Both the position numbers and the translations under genes were made by a program. The notes beneath the pieces are model-generated. The model did no database searches, was not told where the DNA came from, and saw only the letters and a list, made by a program, of their open reading frames with translations. A DNA stretch of 63,250 nt, the filler included. It is 5 parts of 5 records of this genome, joined end to end, with 100 filler letters (N's around TTAATTAATTAA, not from the genome) between each part and the next. Parts side by side here need not be neighbours in the genome. Positions count along the whole stretch, not along the records: positions 1 to 15,846 come from SRR22947725_816; 4 more parts are not named here. One strand, given 5' to 3'. Shown piece after piece: positions 1 to 9,816 of the stretch. Each line of letters starts with the position of its first letter. Within the stretch, counting starts at the first letter, position 1.

Positions 1-1
1 T

Positions 2-268
2 GGTATTGGTGCTGGTCAAATGAGTAGAGTTATAAGTGCAGATATAGCAAATCTTAAAGCAAAACAAGAAGGGCTTGAGGTCAAAGGCGCTGTAATGGCT
101 TCCGATGCATTTTTTCCTTTTAGGGATGGGATTGATAAAGCAGCGTCTAGTGGTATTGCATCTATCATTCAACCAGGTGGCTCAATAAGAGATGATGAAA
201 TTATTGCAGCTGCAGACGAAAATGATATTGCTATGGTATTCACAAGCACAAGACATTTTAGGCACTAA
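2..268 (+). CDS. purH: Bifunctional AICAR transformylase/IMP cyclohydrolase, C-terminal fragment (5' truncated by window edge)
   Basis: Frame open from position 2 (GIGAGQMSR); motifs [11 protein letters not shown] and [10 protein letters not shown]; ends RHFRH; immediately upstream of purD. Confidence 0.97.
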   Translation, partial: GIGAGQMSRVISADIANLKAKQEGLEVKGAVMASDAFFPFRDGIDKAASSGIASIIQPGGSIRDDEIIAAADENDIAMVFTSTRHFRH

Positions 269-1536
269 TGCAGATATTAGTTATTGGTTCAGGTGGCAGA
301 GAACATGCTTTAGCATGGAAATCAGCTCAAGATAATTCAGTTTCAAAGGTTTATGTATGTCCGGGTAATGCAGGCACAGCACTAGAAGATAAACTAGAAA
401 ATATTTCTTTAGATATTAATAACTTTGAAATCATTAAAAATTTTTGTAAACAAGAAAATATAGGGCTGGTTATTATTGGACCAGAACAACCTCTTGTAAT
501 AGGAATAGCAGATTATCTGCAAAGCAAAGGCATTCAAACTTTTGGCCCCTCTCAAGCTGCTGCTCAACTTGAGGGCTCAAAAACTTTTTCTAAAGATTTT
601 TTTATTAAATATGGGATACCAACTGCTGATTATGCTGCATTTGATTCCTATGATGAATCACTAAGGTATATTGAGTCCATCGCATATCCTACTGTTGTTA
701 AAGCTGATGGACTTGCTGCAGGCAAAGGCGTACTTATTTGTGAGAATAAGAATCAAGCTAAATCTGCACTTGATAGCATCTTTAAAGATCAAGCATTTGG
801 TGAGGCAGGCAGCAGCGTCGTTATCGAAGAGTTCTTAGAGGGAGAAGAAGCTAGTTTTATTGCAGTTGTGAGTAAAGATAAAATTATTCCTTTGGCTACA
901 AGTCAGGACCATAAAGCCGTTGGCGAAGGAGATGTTGGTTTAAATACTGGTGGCATGGGTGCATACTCTCCTGCTCCAATTGTTGATGAACGTATTCACC
1001 AAAAAATTATAGATGAAGTTATGCATCCAACTATGCAAGGATTAATTTCTGAAGGCTCTCCCTATCTTGGTTTCTTATATGCTGGCTTAATGATCAAAGA
1101 TGGTGAATTAAAAGTTTTAGAGTTTAATTGCAGGTTTGGTGATCCTGAAACTCAGCCAATACTTCTTAGACTTCAATCAAGCCTGGTAGATTTATGTATA
1201 GCTGCTATTAATAATGATCTAGATTCGTACGAAATTAAATGGACGAATAAACATTCATGCGGTGTAGTTATAGCATCTAAAGGATATCCTGAAAGTTATG
1301 AGTCTGATAAAGAAGTTATGCTTCCTGATCTGGAAGATGCTGAAACAAAGCTATTTCATGCTGGAACTAAATTAATTAATGAAAATGTTCTAACCACAGG
1401 AGGAAGGGTATTCTGTGCTACAGCTCTAGGTGATAACTTGAAGCAGGCTCAATCCAAAGCTTATAATCTCGTTGACAAAGTATCCTTTGATGGAGCATTT
1501 TGTAGAAGAGATATAGGTTTTAAAGGAATTAAATGA
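268..1536 (+). CDS. purD: Phosphoribosylamine-glycine ligase
   Basis: GSGGREHALAW, VVKADGLAAGKGV, GLNTGGMGAYSP, EFNCRFGDPETQ; 1-nt overlap with purH stop. Confidence 0.98.
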   Translation: MQILVIGSGGREHALAWKSAQDNSVSKVYVCPGNAGTALEDKLENISLDINNFEIIKNFCKQENIGLVIIGPEQPLVIGIADYLQSKGIQTFGPSQAAAQLEGSKTFSKDFFIKYGIPTADYAAFDSYDESLRYIESIAYPTVVKADGLAAGKGVLICENKNQAKSALDSIFKDQAFGEAGSSVVIEEFLEGEEASFIAVVSKDKIIPLATSQDHKAVGEGDVGLNTGGMGAYSPAPIVDERIHQKIIDEVMHPTMQGLISEGSPYLGFLYAGLMIKDGELKVLEFNCRFGDPETQPILLRLQSSLVDLCIAAINNDLDSYEIKWTNKHSCGVVIASKGYPESYESDKEVMLPDLEDAETKLFHAGTKLINENVLTTGGRVFCATALGDNLKQAQSKAYNLVDKVSFDGAFCRRDIGFKGIK

Positions 1537-2168
1537 GCTTTTTAAATAATATTGTTAATGAATTTGATATTGCATTAAAAACACTTTCAAATAAAAAACC
1601 TGGTACAAATAGACCCTATCCGGCAGAACCTGTTGAAAAAAATACTCAAAATCTAACAAAGGCAGAGAAAAAATTATCTATTCAAATGATGAGGGTTAAT
1701 CTTGCAGGAGAAGTTGCTGCGCAAGCTTTATACAGAGGGCAGGCTCTCGTATGTAAAGACCCTGAAATTAAAGAACATCTTATAGAGGCAGGAGAAGAAG
1801 AGACCGACCACTTAGTTTGGTGCAAAAAACGCTTAGATGAACTTGAGGGCAGAGGATCTATATTAAACCCTATATGGTATGCAGGCTCATTTGCTATTGG
1901 AGCCATATTTGGAAGGTATGGAGAAAAAGTGAGTCTTGGATTTGTTGAAGAAACTGAAAAACAAGTTGTAGCTCATATTGATAGGCATCTAGATAAAATT
2001 TCTCCAAAGGATAAAGAAACAATAGAAATTCTTAAAACCATGAGAGATGATGAGGATGCTCACGCTCAGCAAGCTGTTGAGAATGGTGGAGAGGAATTAC
2101 AAGTCCCAACAAAAAAAATTATGAAATATACAGCCAAAGTTATGACCTCAACTAGCGCTCACATATAG
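1533..2168 (+). CDS. coq7: Demethoxyubiquinone hydroxylase (di-iron carboxylate, Coq7 family)
   Basis: MRVNLAGEVAAQALY, EETDHLVWC, ETEKQVVAH, DEDAHA (paired ExxH iron ligands). Confidence 0.93.
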   Translation: MSFLNNIVNEFDIALKTLSNKKPGTNRPYPAEPVEKNTQNLTKAEKKLSIQMMRVNLAGEVAAQALYRGQALVCKDPEIKEHLIEAGEEETDHLVWCKKRLDELEGRGSILNPIWYAGSFAIGAIFGRYGEKVSLGFVEETEKQVVAHIDRHLDKISPKDKETIEILKTMRDDEDAHAQQAVENGGEELQVPTKKIMKYTAKVMTSTSAHI

Positions 2169-2171
2169 TCT

Positions 2172-3338
2172 TTATTCCATTTGCTGCCATTTGACAGGGA
2201 CACCCTCAAGCTTATAACGATTGGATTCTTCTCTTAATTTATCAAACTCTGTCTTAGAAGAGTAAACGGTAACAATTAAAGCATTCTCTTTGTTTGCAGT
2301 TATTCTAAGTACTCTTCCCATTCTTTGAATTCTCTGTCTTTTAGATGAAGAAGCGCTTAATATCATTGCTCCATCAGCTTCGGGCATATCAAAACCTTCG
2401 TCTAATGCAGTGCAACTTACTAAAACATTTAGATTACCGCTTTTGAAATTATTTAAATTCTCTTCACGCTCTGCATTATCTAGATCAGTGTTGTATATTG
2501 CAGATTTATAGCCTTTTTTATTAATAATTTTATTAAATTCTTTTGCTTGTTTTTTATTTTCAGTAAAAACAATCCAACTATCTCGTTTATGTTTTTGTAA
2601 TAGCTCAACTCCAAAAGGAATTCTATTTTTTGAATTTTTTACCATTCTTGCTCTATTAAAGATGAGCATTTTAAGCGGGTAATCATTCATATTATTGCCG
2701 CCGATAGTTGCAGCCCTTCTTTGAATACTTTTGGTAAATTTTTTGTACTTATCTTCTTCGTCCTTAGTCATTGCTGCATAGGCATAAAGAAGCTTAAAAT
2801 TCACAATAACTTCATCCTCTCTAGCATCTATATAGTCATAATCAAAAATGATATCTCCTAAGATTTTTTTTATTATGATATAAAAATTATCGTCATAGTC
2901 TCTTTCAGGTGTTGCTGAGAGTCCCAGCGTTGCATGCCAATTATTAGTTAAGGTCTCACCTCTTTTTTCAGTTCCAATCTTATGGCACTCATCTACAATT
3001 AGAAGAGTATTAGAAGCGTCAAATTTATGGATTATATTTTTTACAGAATCAATAGTTGAAATAGTGACCTTTGAAATCTCTTCAAGATGTTCGCCGCCAC
3101 CATTCAAAGAGATATCTGTATCATCAAATGTCTTCTGCAACCCTTCATACCACTGATCTAAAAGTGCTATAGAGGGAACAACAATAAAAATAGAGTTATC
3201 TTTTTCTTCTTCAAGGTATTTGGTTAAACAGTGGATAGCAAAGACAGTTTTTCCTCCGCCAGTAACTACTTTTACAATACCTCTTTTTTTAGCCCACCAT
3301 AATGGAAATGCTTTTTCTTGCCATTCCCTTAGCTTCAA
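2172..3338 (-). CDS. Compact superfamily 2 DExH helicase (ResIII + Helicase_C type, XPB/SSL2-like)
   Basis: Q motif LREWQ, Walker A TGGGKT, DECH, GLSATPER, LDEGFDMP, QRMGRVLR; TTG start overlaps trpC TGA (TTGA). Confidence 0.9.
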   Translation of the reverse strand: MKLREWQEKAFPLWWAKKRGIVKVVTGGGKTVFAIHCLTKYLEEEKDNSIFIVVPSIALLDQWYEGLQKTFDDTDISLNGGGEHLEEISKVTISTIDSVKNIIHKFDASNTLLIVDECHKIGTEKRGETLTNNWHATLGLSATPERDYDDNFYIIIKKILGDIIFDYDYIDAREDEVIVNFKLLYAYAAMTKDEEDKYKKFTKSIQRRAATIGGNNMNDYPLKMLIFNRARMVKNSKNRIPFGVELLQKHKRDSWIVFTENKKQAKEFNKIINKKGYKSAIYNTDLDNAEREENLNNFKSGNLNVLVSCTALDEGFDMPEADGAMILSASSSKRQRIQRMGRVLRITANKENALIVTVYSSKTEFDKLREESNRYKLEGVPVKWQQME

Positions 3339-4084
3339 GCAAAGTCACCTTTCATTAGACTTTCACCTATTAAGAAAACATGAATATCATGAGCTTTTAG
3401 TGCATTGATATCATCCTGATTTTTAATGCCTGACTCTGCAACAAAAATATTATTGTTTTTAAATTCCTTCTTTAAGTTGATAGAATTATTTAGATCTACG
3501 TTAAAAGTTTTTAGATCTCTGTTATTGACTCCTATCATTGCATTAGAAAAATGCTCAACTCTTTTAAGCTCTTCGAGGTCATGGACTTCTATGAGATAAT
3601 CTAATTGTAATGTTTCAGCCAAGTCTACAAAGGATTTAATTTCTTCATCATTCAAAACACTGGCAATTAAAAGAATACAATCAGCGCCAATAAGTTTTGC
3701 TTCATAAATTTGATACTCATCAATCATAAAATCTTTTCTTAGTATTGGCAGAGAGGTTATTTCTTTAACATCTTGTAAATATTGGGAGCTGCCTTGAAAG
3801 AAGTCCTCTTCGGTAAGAATAGATAATGCCGATGCACCAAAGTCTTCATACTCTTTTGCTTTTCTTATAGGGTCGAAATCTTCTGAAATAATCCCTGCAC
3901 TAGGTGAAGCCTTTTTAATCTCAGCAATAATGGCTTGATCTTTGTTGAGCAGGTTTTCTTTGAATGCTCCTTTTGGTAAATTCAATCCATTTAATTTAGA
4001 AATTATGTCCTCTAATGGCAGCTCAGCTTTTTTAGCCTGAAGCTTGGCTCTTGTATTTTCTACAATGTCATTGAGTATTGTCAT
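3335..4084 (-). CDS. trpC: Indole-3-glycerol phosphate synthase
   Basis: IIAEIKKASPSAG, LSILTE, LRKDF, GVNNRDL, VAESGI, LIGESLM. Confidence 0.97.
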   Translation of the reverse strand: MTILNDIVENTRAKLQAKKAELPLEDIISKLNGLNLPKGAFKENLLNKDQAIIAEIKKASPSAGIISEDFDPIRKAKEYEDFGASALSILTEEDFFQGSSQYLQDVKEITSLPILRKDFMIDEYQIYEAKLIGADCILLIASVLNDEEIKSFVDLAETLQLDYLIEVHDLEELKRVEHFSNAMIGVNNRDLKTFNVDLNNSINLKKEFKNNNIFVAESGIKNQDDINALKAHDIHVFLIGESLMKGDFA

Positions 4085-5094
4085 TAGCTGTTAGAAACCC
4101 TTACGTATGCAGCTAATTTATCTGCCGCTTTTCCGTTATTCATTAACGTATATGCTAATTCAATGCCATCAGAAATAGAATCTACTTTTCTCGCTATATA
4201 TAAACCAGCTCCAGCATTTAATGCAATCATGTCTTGAACCGCTGATCTCTCTCCTGAAAATGCCTCTCGAACCATTCTTAGACTTTCTTCTGAAGATTGT
4301 GCAGATATTTCATCAAAGGGTGAGATTGATATACCAAAATCTTGAGGCGAAATGGTGTACTCTTTAATTTTATAATTTTTATACTCTGAAATATTTGTTG
4401 GTCCAGAGATGCTGATCTCATCCAAACCATCATCGCCGTGAACAACCATAACGTGCTCCATATCTAAATTTTTAGCTACAGTTGAAAAAGTGTTAAGCAA
4501 ACTCTTATCATAAACGCCTATTATTTGTCTTTTAGCTCCACACGGATTGGTATGAGGTCCTAATAAATTAAATATCGTTTTTTCTCCTATCCTTTGTCTT
4601 GCAGGCATAACATATTTCATAGATTGATGATGAAGGGGTGCAAATAAAAATATAAACCCTACCTGATCAAATACCTTAACTAGCTTTTCTCTGTCGTGAC
4701 TAATATCAGCTCCGGCTTCAATTAAAAAATCAGCACTACCAGATTTACTAGATATTGCCTTGTTACCATGTTTGGTTATTGAAGCCCCGCCAGCAGCCGC
4801 AACAAAGGAGGAGGCGGTTGAGCAATTGAAAGTATGTAACCCAGTGCCACCAGTGCCGCAAGTATCGATATGGGTTCCATCGCCAATATCAAACTTTAAC
4901 GATTTATCTTTCATAACCATAGCTGCTGCAGTTATTTCAGGCTCTTTGACTCCCTTTTCATTGAGTGCAATAAGAAAAGTCTCTATATCATTATCATCAA
5001 CCTTTCCAGTCATAATGCTTTCAACTGCTGACTGCATTTCTTCTTTTGTTAGATCATTTTTAAGGGCTAGTTTTTCAAGAATATCTTTGATCAT
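4084..5094 (-). CDS. trpD: Anthranilate phosphoribosyltransferase
   Basis: DTCGTGG, KHGNKAISSKSGSAD, FNLLGP, HGDDGLDE. Confidence 0.97.
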   Translation of the reverse strand: MIKDILEKLALKNDLTKEEMQSAVESIMTGKVDDNDIETFLIALNEKGVKEPEITAAAMVMKDKSLKFDIGDGTHIDTCGTGGTGLHTFNCSTASSFVAAAGGASITKHGNKAISSKSGSADFLIEAGADISHDREKLVKVFDQVGFIFLFAPLHHQSMKYVMPARQRIGEKTIFNLLGPHTNPCGAKRQIIGVYDKSLLNTFSTVAKNLDMEHVMVVHGDDGLDEISISGPTNISEYKNYKIKEYTISPQDFGISISPFDEISAQSSEESLRMVREAFSGERSAVQDMIALNAGAGLYIARKVDSISDGIELAYTLMNNGKAADKLAAYVRVSNS

Positions 5095-5654
5095 AATGCT
5101 AAAAAGTTTTCTATTAGCTTCATACCGTAATCTGTATCAATAGATTCTGGATGAAACTGGACTCCGTATATGGGCCTTTCCTTGTGTTGTATTGCCATAA
5201 TAATATCTGGATTCTCCTCCAAAACACCAGTGATTTGAAGAACATCGGGCAAAGAATCTTTTTCAATAATTAAGCTGTGATAACGCACAACAGAATAAGG
5301 GCTTGAAATATTCTCAAATAATTTTTCTTGATTGTGGCTAACTTTTGAAAGTTTGCCATGAAATATTTCCGGTGCTTTTATAATCTTCCCTCCAAAAGCG
5401 GCACCAATCGCTTGATGGCCTAAACAGACACCGAGAACAGGAACAGATGAAGATTTGATAAGTTCAATTGAAATTCCTGCTTCAGCTGGCGTGCAAGGTC
5501 CAGGAGATACAACAATCTTTTTTGGATTTAAGTGATTGATTTCTTCGAGACTAACTTCATCGTTTCTTACAACAAGAACTTCTTCCCCACACTCACCAAT
5601 ATAATGGACTAAGTTGTAGGTAAAACTGTCATAGTTATCTAGCACTAAAATCAT
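5091..5654 (-). CDS. trpG: Anthranilate synthase component II (glutamine amidotransferase)
   Basis: Likely start at ATG 5654 ([15 protein letters not shown]), overlapping the trpE stop; SPGPCTP, GVCLGHQ, QFHPES. Confidence 0.95.
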   Translation of the reverse strand: MILVLDNYDSFTYNLVHYIGECGEEVLVVRNDEVSLEEINHLNPKKIVVSPGPCTPAEAGISIELIKSSSVPVLGVCLGHQAIGAAFGGKIIKAPEIFHGKLSKVSHNQEKLFENISSPYSVVRYHSLIIEKDSLPDVLQITGVLEENPDIIMAIQHKERPIYGVQFHPESIDTDYGMKLIENFLAL

Positions 5655-7117
5655 GAGATCATCTCTATAGCATCTATGAAAACTTTTGATTTTTGTTTGC
5701 ACTCTAGCCACTCATTTTCAGGCACAGAATCAGCAACGATACCTGCTCCTGCACCAACATGAATTACATCATCCTTTATTACAGCAGTTCTTATTGCAAT
5801 TGCAGTATCTATATTGCCATTCCAAGAGATATAACCTATAGCACCGCCATAAATACCTCTAGAGCTAGGCTCTAATTCATTAATAATTTCCATAGCTCTT
5901 ATCTTGGGAGCTCCTGATAAAGTTCCAGCAGGAAGTGTTGCTTTTAAAGCATCTAAATAATTAAGGTCGTTCGATAGGATGCCAGTTACATTGGATACTA
6001 TATGCATCACATGTGAATATTTCTCAATTACCATCTTGTCTGTAACTTTTACACTACCTATTTCTGAGACTTTCCCAACATCATTTCTTCCAAGATCTAT
6101 CAACATTAAGTGCTCAGCAATTTCTTTTGGATCATTAAGTAAATCGTTTTGATTTGTTTTATCTTCTTCAGGAGTTGCTCCCCTTCTTCTTGTTCCAGCA
6201 ATTGGACGAAGTGTGACTTTATTATCTTCTAGCCTAACTAAAATTTCTGGAGAAGACCCAACCACCTGACATTCTTCAAGATCAAGATAATACATATAAG
6301 GTGATGGATTTAATTTTCTGACAGCCTTATATAATTCAAAAGGGTTTTTATTAAATGGTAAAGAAAAATCTTGAGCAAGTACGACCTGCATAACATCGCC
6401 CTCTTCTATGTAGTTTTTAATTCTACTTACTGCGTTTAGATAGTCTTTTTTTGTAAAGTTTGAATCAAAATCTATCAAACCTCTTGGTTCTTTGAATGAA
6501 GTTTCTAAGTTATCTGCTTCATTTTGAAGCGAGGTTACAATTGTTTTAATTTCATCTAGCGCGTCTTCATAAGAAAATTTTGATGGGTTTGCATTAAAAA
6601 TAACCTGAGTTGATTTATTAATATTGTCGTAAATAATTAGCTTATCAGCCTTAACAAGAAATATTTCAGGCATATGATCTTTGAATTTTGAATCTTTACT
6701 TTGAAGTTTGGCTATTTTTTTTTCTGCATATTGAGCACTTTCGTATGCAAAAAAACCAACATAACCACCATAAAATCTTGGCAACCCATTTATTTCTGGT
6801 GCCTTGTGGCTTTCAGTAATTTTTTGAATTTCACCCAAAGGATCTTCTGATTTAAATGAAGAAGAAGTTCCTTCTTTATTTATTTCAATAAAATTACCAG
6901 ACACCTTAATTGTATCTAGACAGTCAAAACCAATAATTGAAAATTGTGCCCATTGATCACCGCCCTCAACTGACTCTAGAAGAAATGTATTAGATTTATC
7001 TGTAATCTGAGAATATAAGGTTAAGGGTGTTTGATTTTCTAAAGATAACTTTTTAACAACAGGAATAATGTTAAAACCCGCTTTAGCATAATCTTGAAAC
7101 TCTTCTTTCGTTATCAT
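5651..7117 (-). CDS. trpE: Anthranilate synthase component I
   Basis: [53 protein letters not shown]. Confidence 0.97.
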   Translation of the reverse strand: MITKEEFQDYAKAGFNIIPVVKKLSLENQTPLTLYSQITDKSNTFLLESVEGGDQWAQFSIIGFDCLDTIKVSGNFIEINKEGTSSSFKSEDPLGEIQKITESHKAPEINGLPRFYGGYVGFFAYESAQYAEKKIAKLQSKDSKFKDHMPEIFLVKADKLIIYDNINKSTQVIFNANPSKFSYEDALDEIKTIVTSLQNEADNLETSFKEPRGLIDFDSNFTKKDYLNAVSRIKNYIEEGDVMQVVLAQDFSLPFNKNPFELYKAVRKLNPSPYMYYLDLEECQVVGSSPEILVRLEDNKVTLRPIAGTRRRGATPEEDKTNQNDLLNDPKEIAEHLMLIDLGRNDVGKVSEIGSVKVTDKMVIEKYSHVMHIVSNVTGILSNDLNYLDALKATLPAGTLSGAPKIRAMEIINELEPSSRGIYGGAIGYISWNGNIDTAIAIRTAVIKDDVIHVGAGAGIVADSVPENEWLECKQKSKVFIDAIEMIS

Positions 7118-7121
7118 TTTA

Positions 7122-7556
7122 TTAATAATTTTTTATGTCTACTAAATCACCAACATGGATATCATTTTTATCAAACCAACCCTGATTAACTTCTAAAGCA
7201 TATAAAGCGGGCTCTTTGGAGCATACTGATGTTTTTGATAAGGGCACCATATCATATATATTTATTATTTCACCCGTATCATCAAGATATGCAACACTCA
7301 GAGGAATCAAAGTATTCTTCATCCACATGCATTGAATTTTTTTTCTATCCCAAATAAAAACCATGCCGCTATCATCTGCAAGACTTTCTCTGAACATAAG
7401 GCCTTTCTTTCTATCTTGGTAGTTTTTTGCTATTTCAATGTTTGAAAGGTATTCCTGTAAAACAATAGTATCCTTGCTTTCAAGAGAAATAGTGAACAAA
7501 AATAAAAACGAAAAACTAAAGAATTTTAGAGCGGAGTGTTTTAATAGTTTGCTCAT
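7122..7556 (-). CDS. DUF192 family exported protein
   Basis: Likely start ATG 7556 with hydrophobic signal-like segment; GLMFRESL, GMVF, WMKNTLIPLSVAY, ALEVNQG are typical of DUF192. Confidence 0.85.
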   Translation of the reverse strand: MSKLLKHSALKFFSFSFLFLFTISLESKDTIVLQEYLSNIEIAKNYQDRKKGLMFRESLADDSGMVFIWDRKKIQCMWMKNTLIPLSVAYLDDTGEIINIYDMVPLSKTSVCSKEPALYALEVNQGWFDKNDIHVGDLVDIKNY

Positions 7557-8184
7557 AATTATCAGTATTAAAGATTGCTGATCCGGCAACAAAAGTATCT
7601 GCACCAGCTTTTGAAGCAAGACCAATAGTCTCATTGTTAATGCCGCCATCAACCTCAAGGCATATATCTTTTCCTGTTGCATCAATCATTTTTCTAACTT
7701 GAGATATCTTATCTAAAGAACTGTGAATAAAAGACTGTCCTCCAAAACCGGGATTAACACTCATGATCAATACCAAATCTAGATCCTCAATAACATTCTC
7801 TAGAATATTGAGAGACGATGCAGGATTAAATACTAGTCCGGCCTTACAACCCTGATCTTTTATTGCATGAATAGATCTATGGACATGTTTTGATGCCTCA
7901 GGATGAAAACTAACAAGATCAGCACCAGCCTTAATAAAACTTTGTGCAAGCTCATCTACAGGATCTATCATAAGATGAACATCAATAAATTCTTTAACGC
8001 CATAGTCTCTTAGAGACTTACACACCATTGGGCCTATAGTTAAATTAGGGACATAGTGATTATCCATAACATCAAAATGAATCCAATCAGCACCGGCATT
8101 CAGCACATTTACAACTTCTTCACCTAATGTTGCAAAATTAGAAGCTAATATTGATGGAGCAATAATATATTTTGAGTCATTCAT
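7516..8184 (-). CDS. rpe: Ribulose-phosphate 3-epimerase
   Basis: IAPSIL, HFDVMDNHYVPNLT, DVHLM, MSVNPGFGGQ, EVDGG. Confidence 0.97.
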   Translation of the reverse strand: MNDSKYIIAPSILASNFATLGEEVVNVLNAGADWIHFDVMDNHYVPNLTIGPMVCKSLRDYGVKEFIDVHLMIDPVDELAQSFIKAGADLVSFHPEASKHVHRSIHAIKDQGCKAGLVFNPASSLNILENVIEDLDLVLIMSVNPGFGGQSFIHSSLDKISQVRKMIDATGKDICLEVDGGINNETIGLASKAGADTFVAGSAIFNTDNYEQTIKTLRSKIL

Positions 8185-8187
8185 AAG

Positions 8188-8859
8188 TTAATTTTCGTCT
8201 TTATGGGTTTTATTAGCAAGTTCTAAGCGGTCAATAGTGCCAGTATCTATCCAGATACCGTCAGATATTTCAGCTGAAACCTCTTTATTGTTAATAAATT
8301 GTTTTAAAACCTTGTTCCAGATATCAAAAGGCATTTCTTGAGGTATTAATTTATTAAAGATGCTTGGGTTGATAACAGATATGCCACTCCAGGTATAATC
8401 ATTTGCCTCTGATCTAACTGAAACAATATCACCATCTAATGAAAAGTCTCCTTGAGGATTGTGCTTAGGGTTCTTTACGCCAACAAGATGTGCAACCTTA
8501 ACAATTTTATTTATGGCTGCAAGATCAATATCATGATAAACATCTGCATTTATCAACATAAAAGGCTCATCTCCGAGTAACTCAAGAGCATTTTGAATAC
8601 CTCCGCCTGTTCCAAGTGGTTCAGACTCTTTAGAAAAGAGAATATTATTATTGGGAAAGAGATCCAAAACATGCTTGATAAGTATATTTCCTAAGTATGA
8701 GACATTAATTACTATCTCATCAAAGCCAGAATTTATTAATGAATGAATGTTTCTTTCGATCAAAGATTGATTACCTACTTTGAGCATAGGCTTTGGAGTA
8801 TCGTTTGTCAGTGGCTTCAATCTTTTACCAAAACCTGCAGCCAAAATCATAGCTTTCAT
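8188..8859 (-). CDS. murU: N-acetylmuramate alpha-1-phosphate uridylyltransferase
   Basis: MILAAGFGKRLKPLT, PKPML, LGTGGGI, WIDTGT; adjacent to amgK-like kinase. Confidence 0.85.
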   Translation of the reverse strand: MKAMILAAGFGKRLKPLTNDTPKPMLKVGNQSLIERNIHSLINSGFDEIVINVSYLGNILIKHVLDLFPNNNILFSKESEPLGTGGGIQNALELLGDEPFMLINADVYHDIDLAAINKIVKVAHLVGVKNPKHNPQGDFSLDGDIVSVRSEANDYTWSGISVINPSIFNKLIPQEMPFDIWNKVLKQFINNKEVSAEISDGIWIDTGTIDRLELANKTHKDEN

Positions 8860-9815
8860 ATTGTATTTAGCTCTCTTAATAATCTCGGTTTAACTTCAGA
8901 CAGCAAGGCATCTCTTAAATTTAAAAATTCATCTTGAGGAATAAGTTCTATTAAATTATCTAGAATAGTTGGCAGGTCCTTTAATCTAAATGCTCTCTTA
9001 TCTTTGGTGAAAAGCTTGCTTAATGTTCCTAAAATTCTCATATTTCTCTGAATAGCACCCCACCTCACCCACTCCAAGGCTTCATCACTTGAAACATTTA
9101 GCTCCATTATTGATACATAGTGGCTTAGAGAATCTTCAATAAGTTGTTTTGGGTATGAACAGTAATGATCGATAAGTATTCCAGCCAAATCAATACCAAT
9201 TGGTCCAATACATAAATCTTGAAAATCTATAACAGCTATATTTTCATTGGAATCAAGAATGAGGTTTCTTCTCTCATAGTCAAAATGGCAATTCATCCAG
9301 GGCTGATTGTTTAACATTTCTAATGTTTTTAGCTCTAAGCTTTCTAATCCTTTCAACTGCTCAATGCCTAGAAACTTTGCTAAGAAAATTTTTTGCATGC
9401 TGTTCATCTGATCCTTTAATGAAGATTCGTCTAGCTTTTTTATCTGAGGAATATGTGCTGCTTGAATTTCTGAAAGAACTTTCATGGACTTCATTAGAAG
9501 TATTTGATTGGTATCAATGTCTATATCAATCAAAGATTGATCACCTAAATCTTGTTGGATAGTAATACCTTTGCTGACATCAGAAAAAATAACCTCTGGA
9601 GAATTAATGCCCAAGTTATTAAAGTAAGTTGCAACATGAAGAAATTTGCTATGATTGCCAACTTCAGGATCAAGATAACAAACAATCAAAGTTTTATTAT
9701 TATCTAAATATATTCTGTAATACTCTCTGCTACTTGCCTCTAATTTTAATATCTCAGCTTTCACAGCTGGATATCCAGAATTCCTAGATAACTCTATTAT
9801 TTCTTGTTCTTTCAA
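8856..9815 (-). CDS. amgK: Anomeric MurNAc/GlcNAc kinase (aminoglycoside phosphotransferase fold)
   Basis: Likely TTG start at 9815; EASSREYYR, QDLGD, HxDYxxRN, IDFQD, QRNMRILG; paired with murU. Confidence 0.8.
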   Translation of the reverse strand: MKEQEIIELSRNSGYPAVKAEILKLEASSREYYRIYLDNNKTLIVCYLDPEVGNHSKFLHVATYFNNLGINSPEVIFSDVSKGITIQQDLGDQSLIDIDIDTNQILLMKSMKVLSEIQAAHIPQIKKLDESSLKDQMNSMQKIFLAKFLGIEQLKGLESLELKTLEMLNNQPWMNCHFDYERRNLILDSNENIAVIDFQDLCIGPIGIDLAGILIDHYCSYPKQLIEDSLSHYVSIMELNVSSDEALEWVRWGAIQRNMRILGTLSKLFTKDKRAFRLKDLPTILDNLIELIPQDEFLNLRDALLSEVKPRLLRELNTI

Positions 9816-9816
9816 A

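Noticed and set aside
5655..5711. N-terminal extensions in the ORF track (trpG here; likewise DUF192, amgK, SDR, cstA, topA, glutaredoxin, cca)
   Set aside because: Longest-ORF artefacts; family homology begins at downstream start codons.
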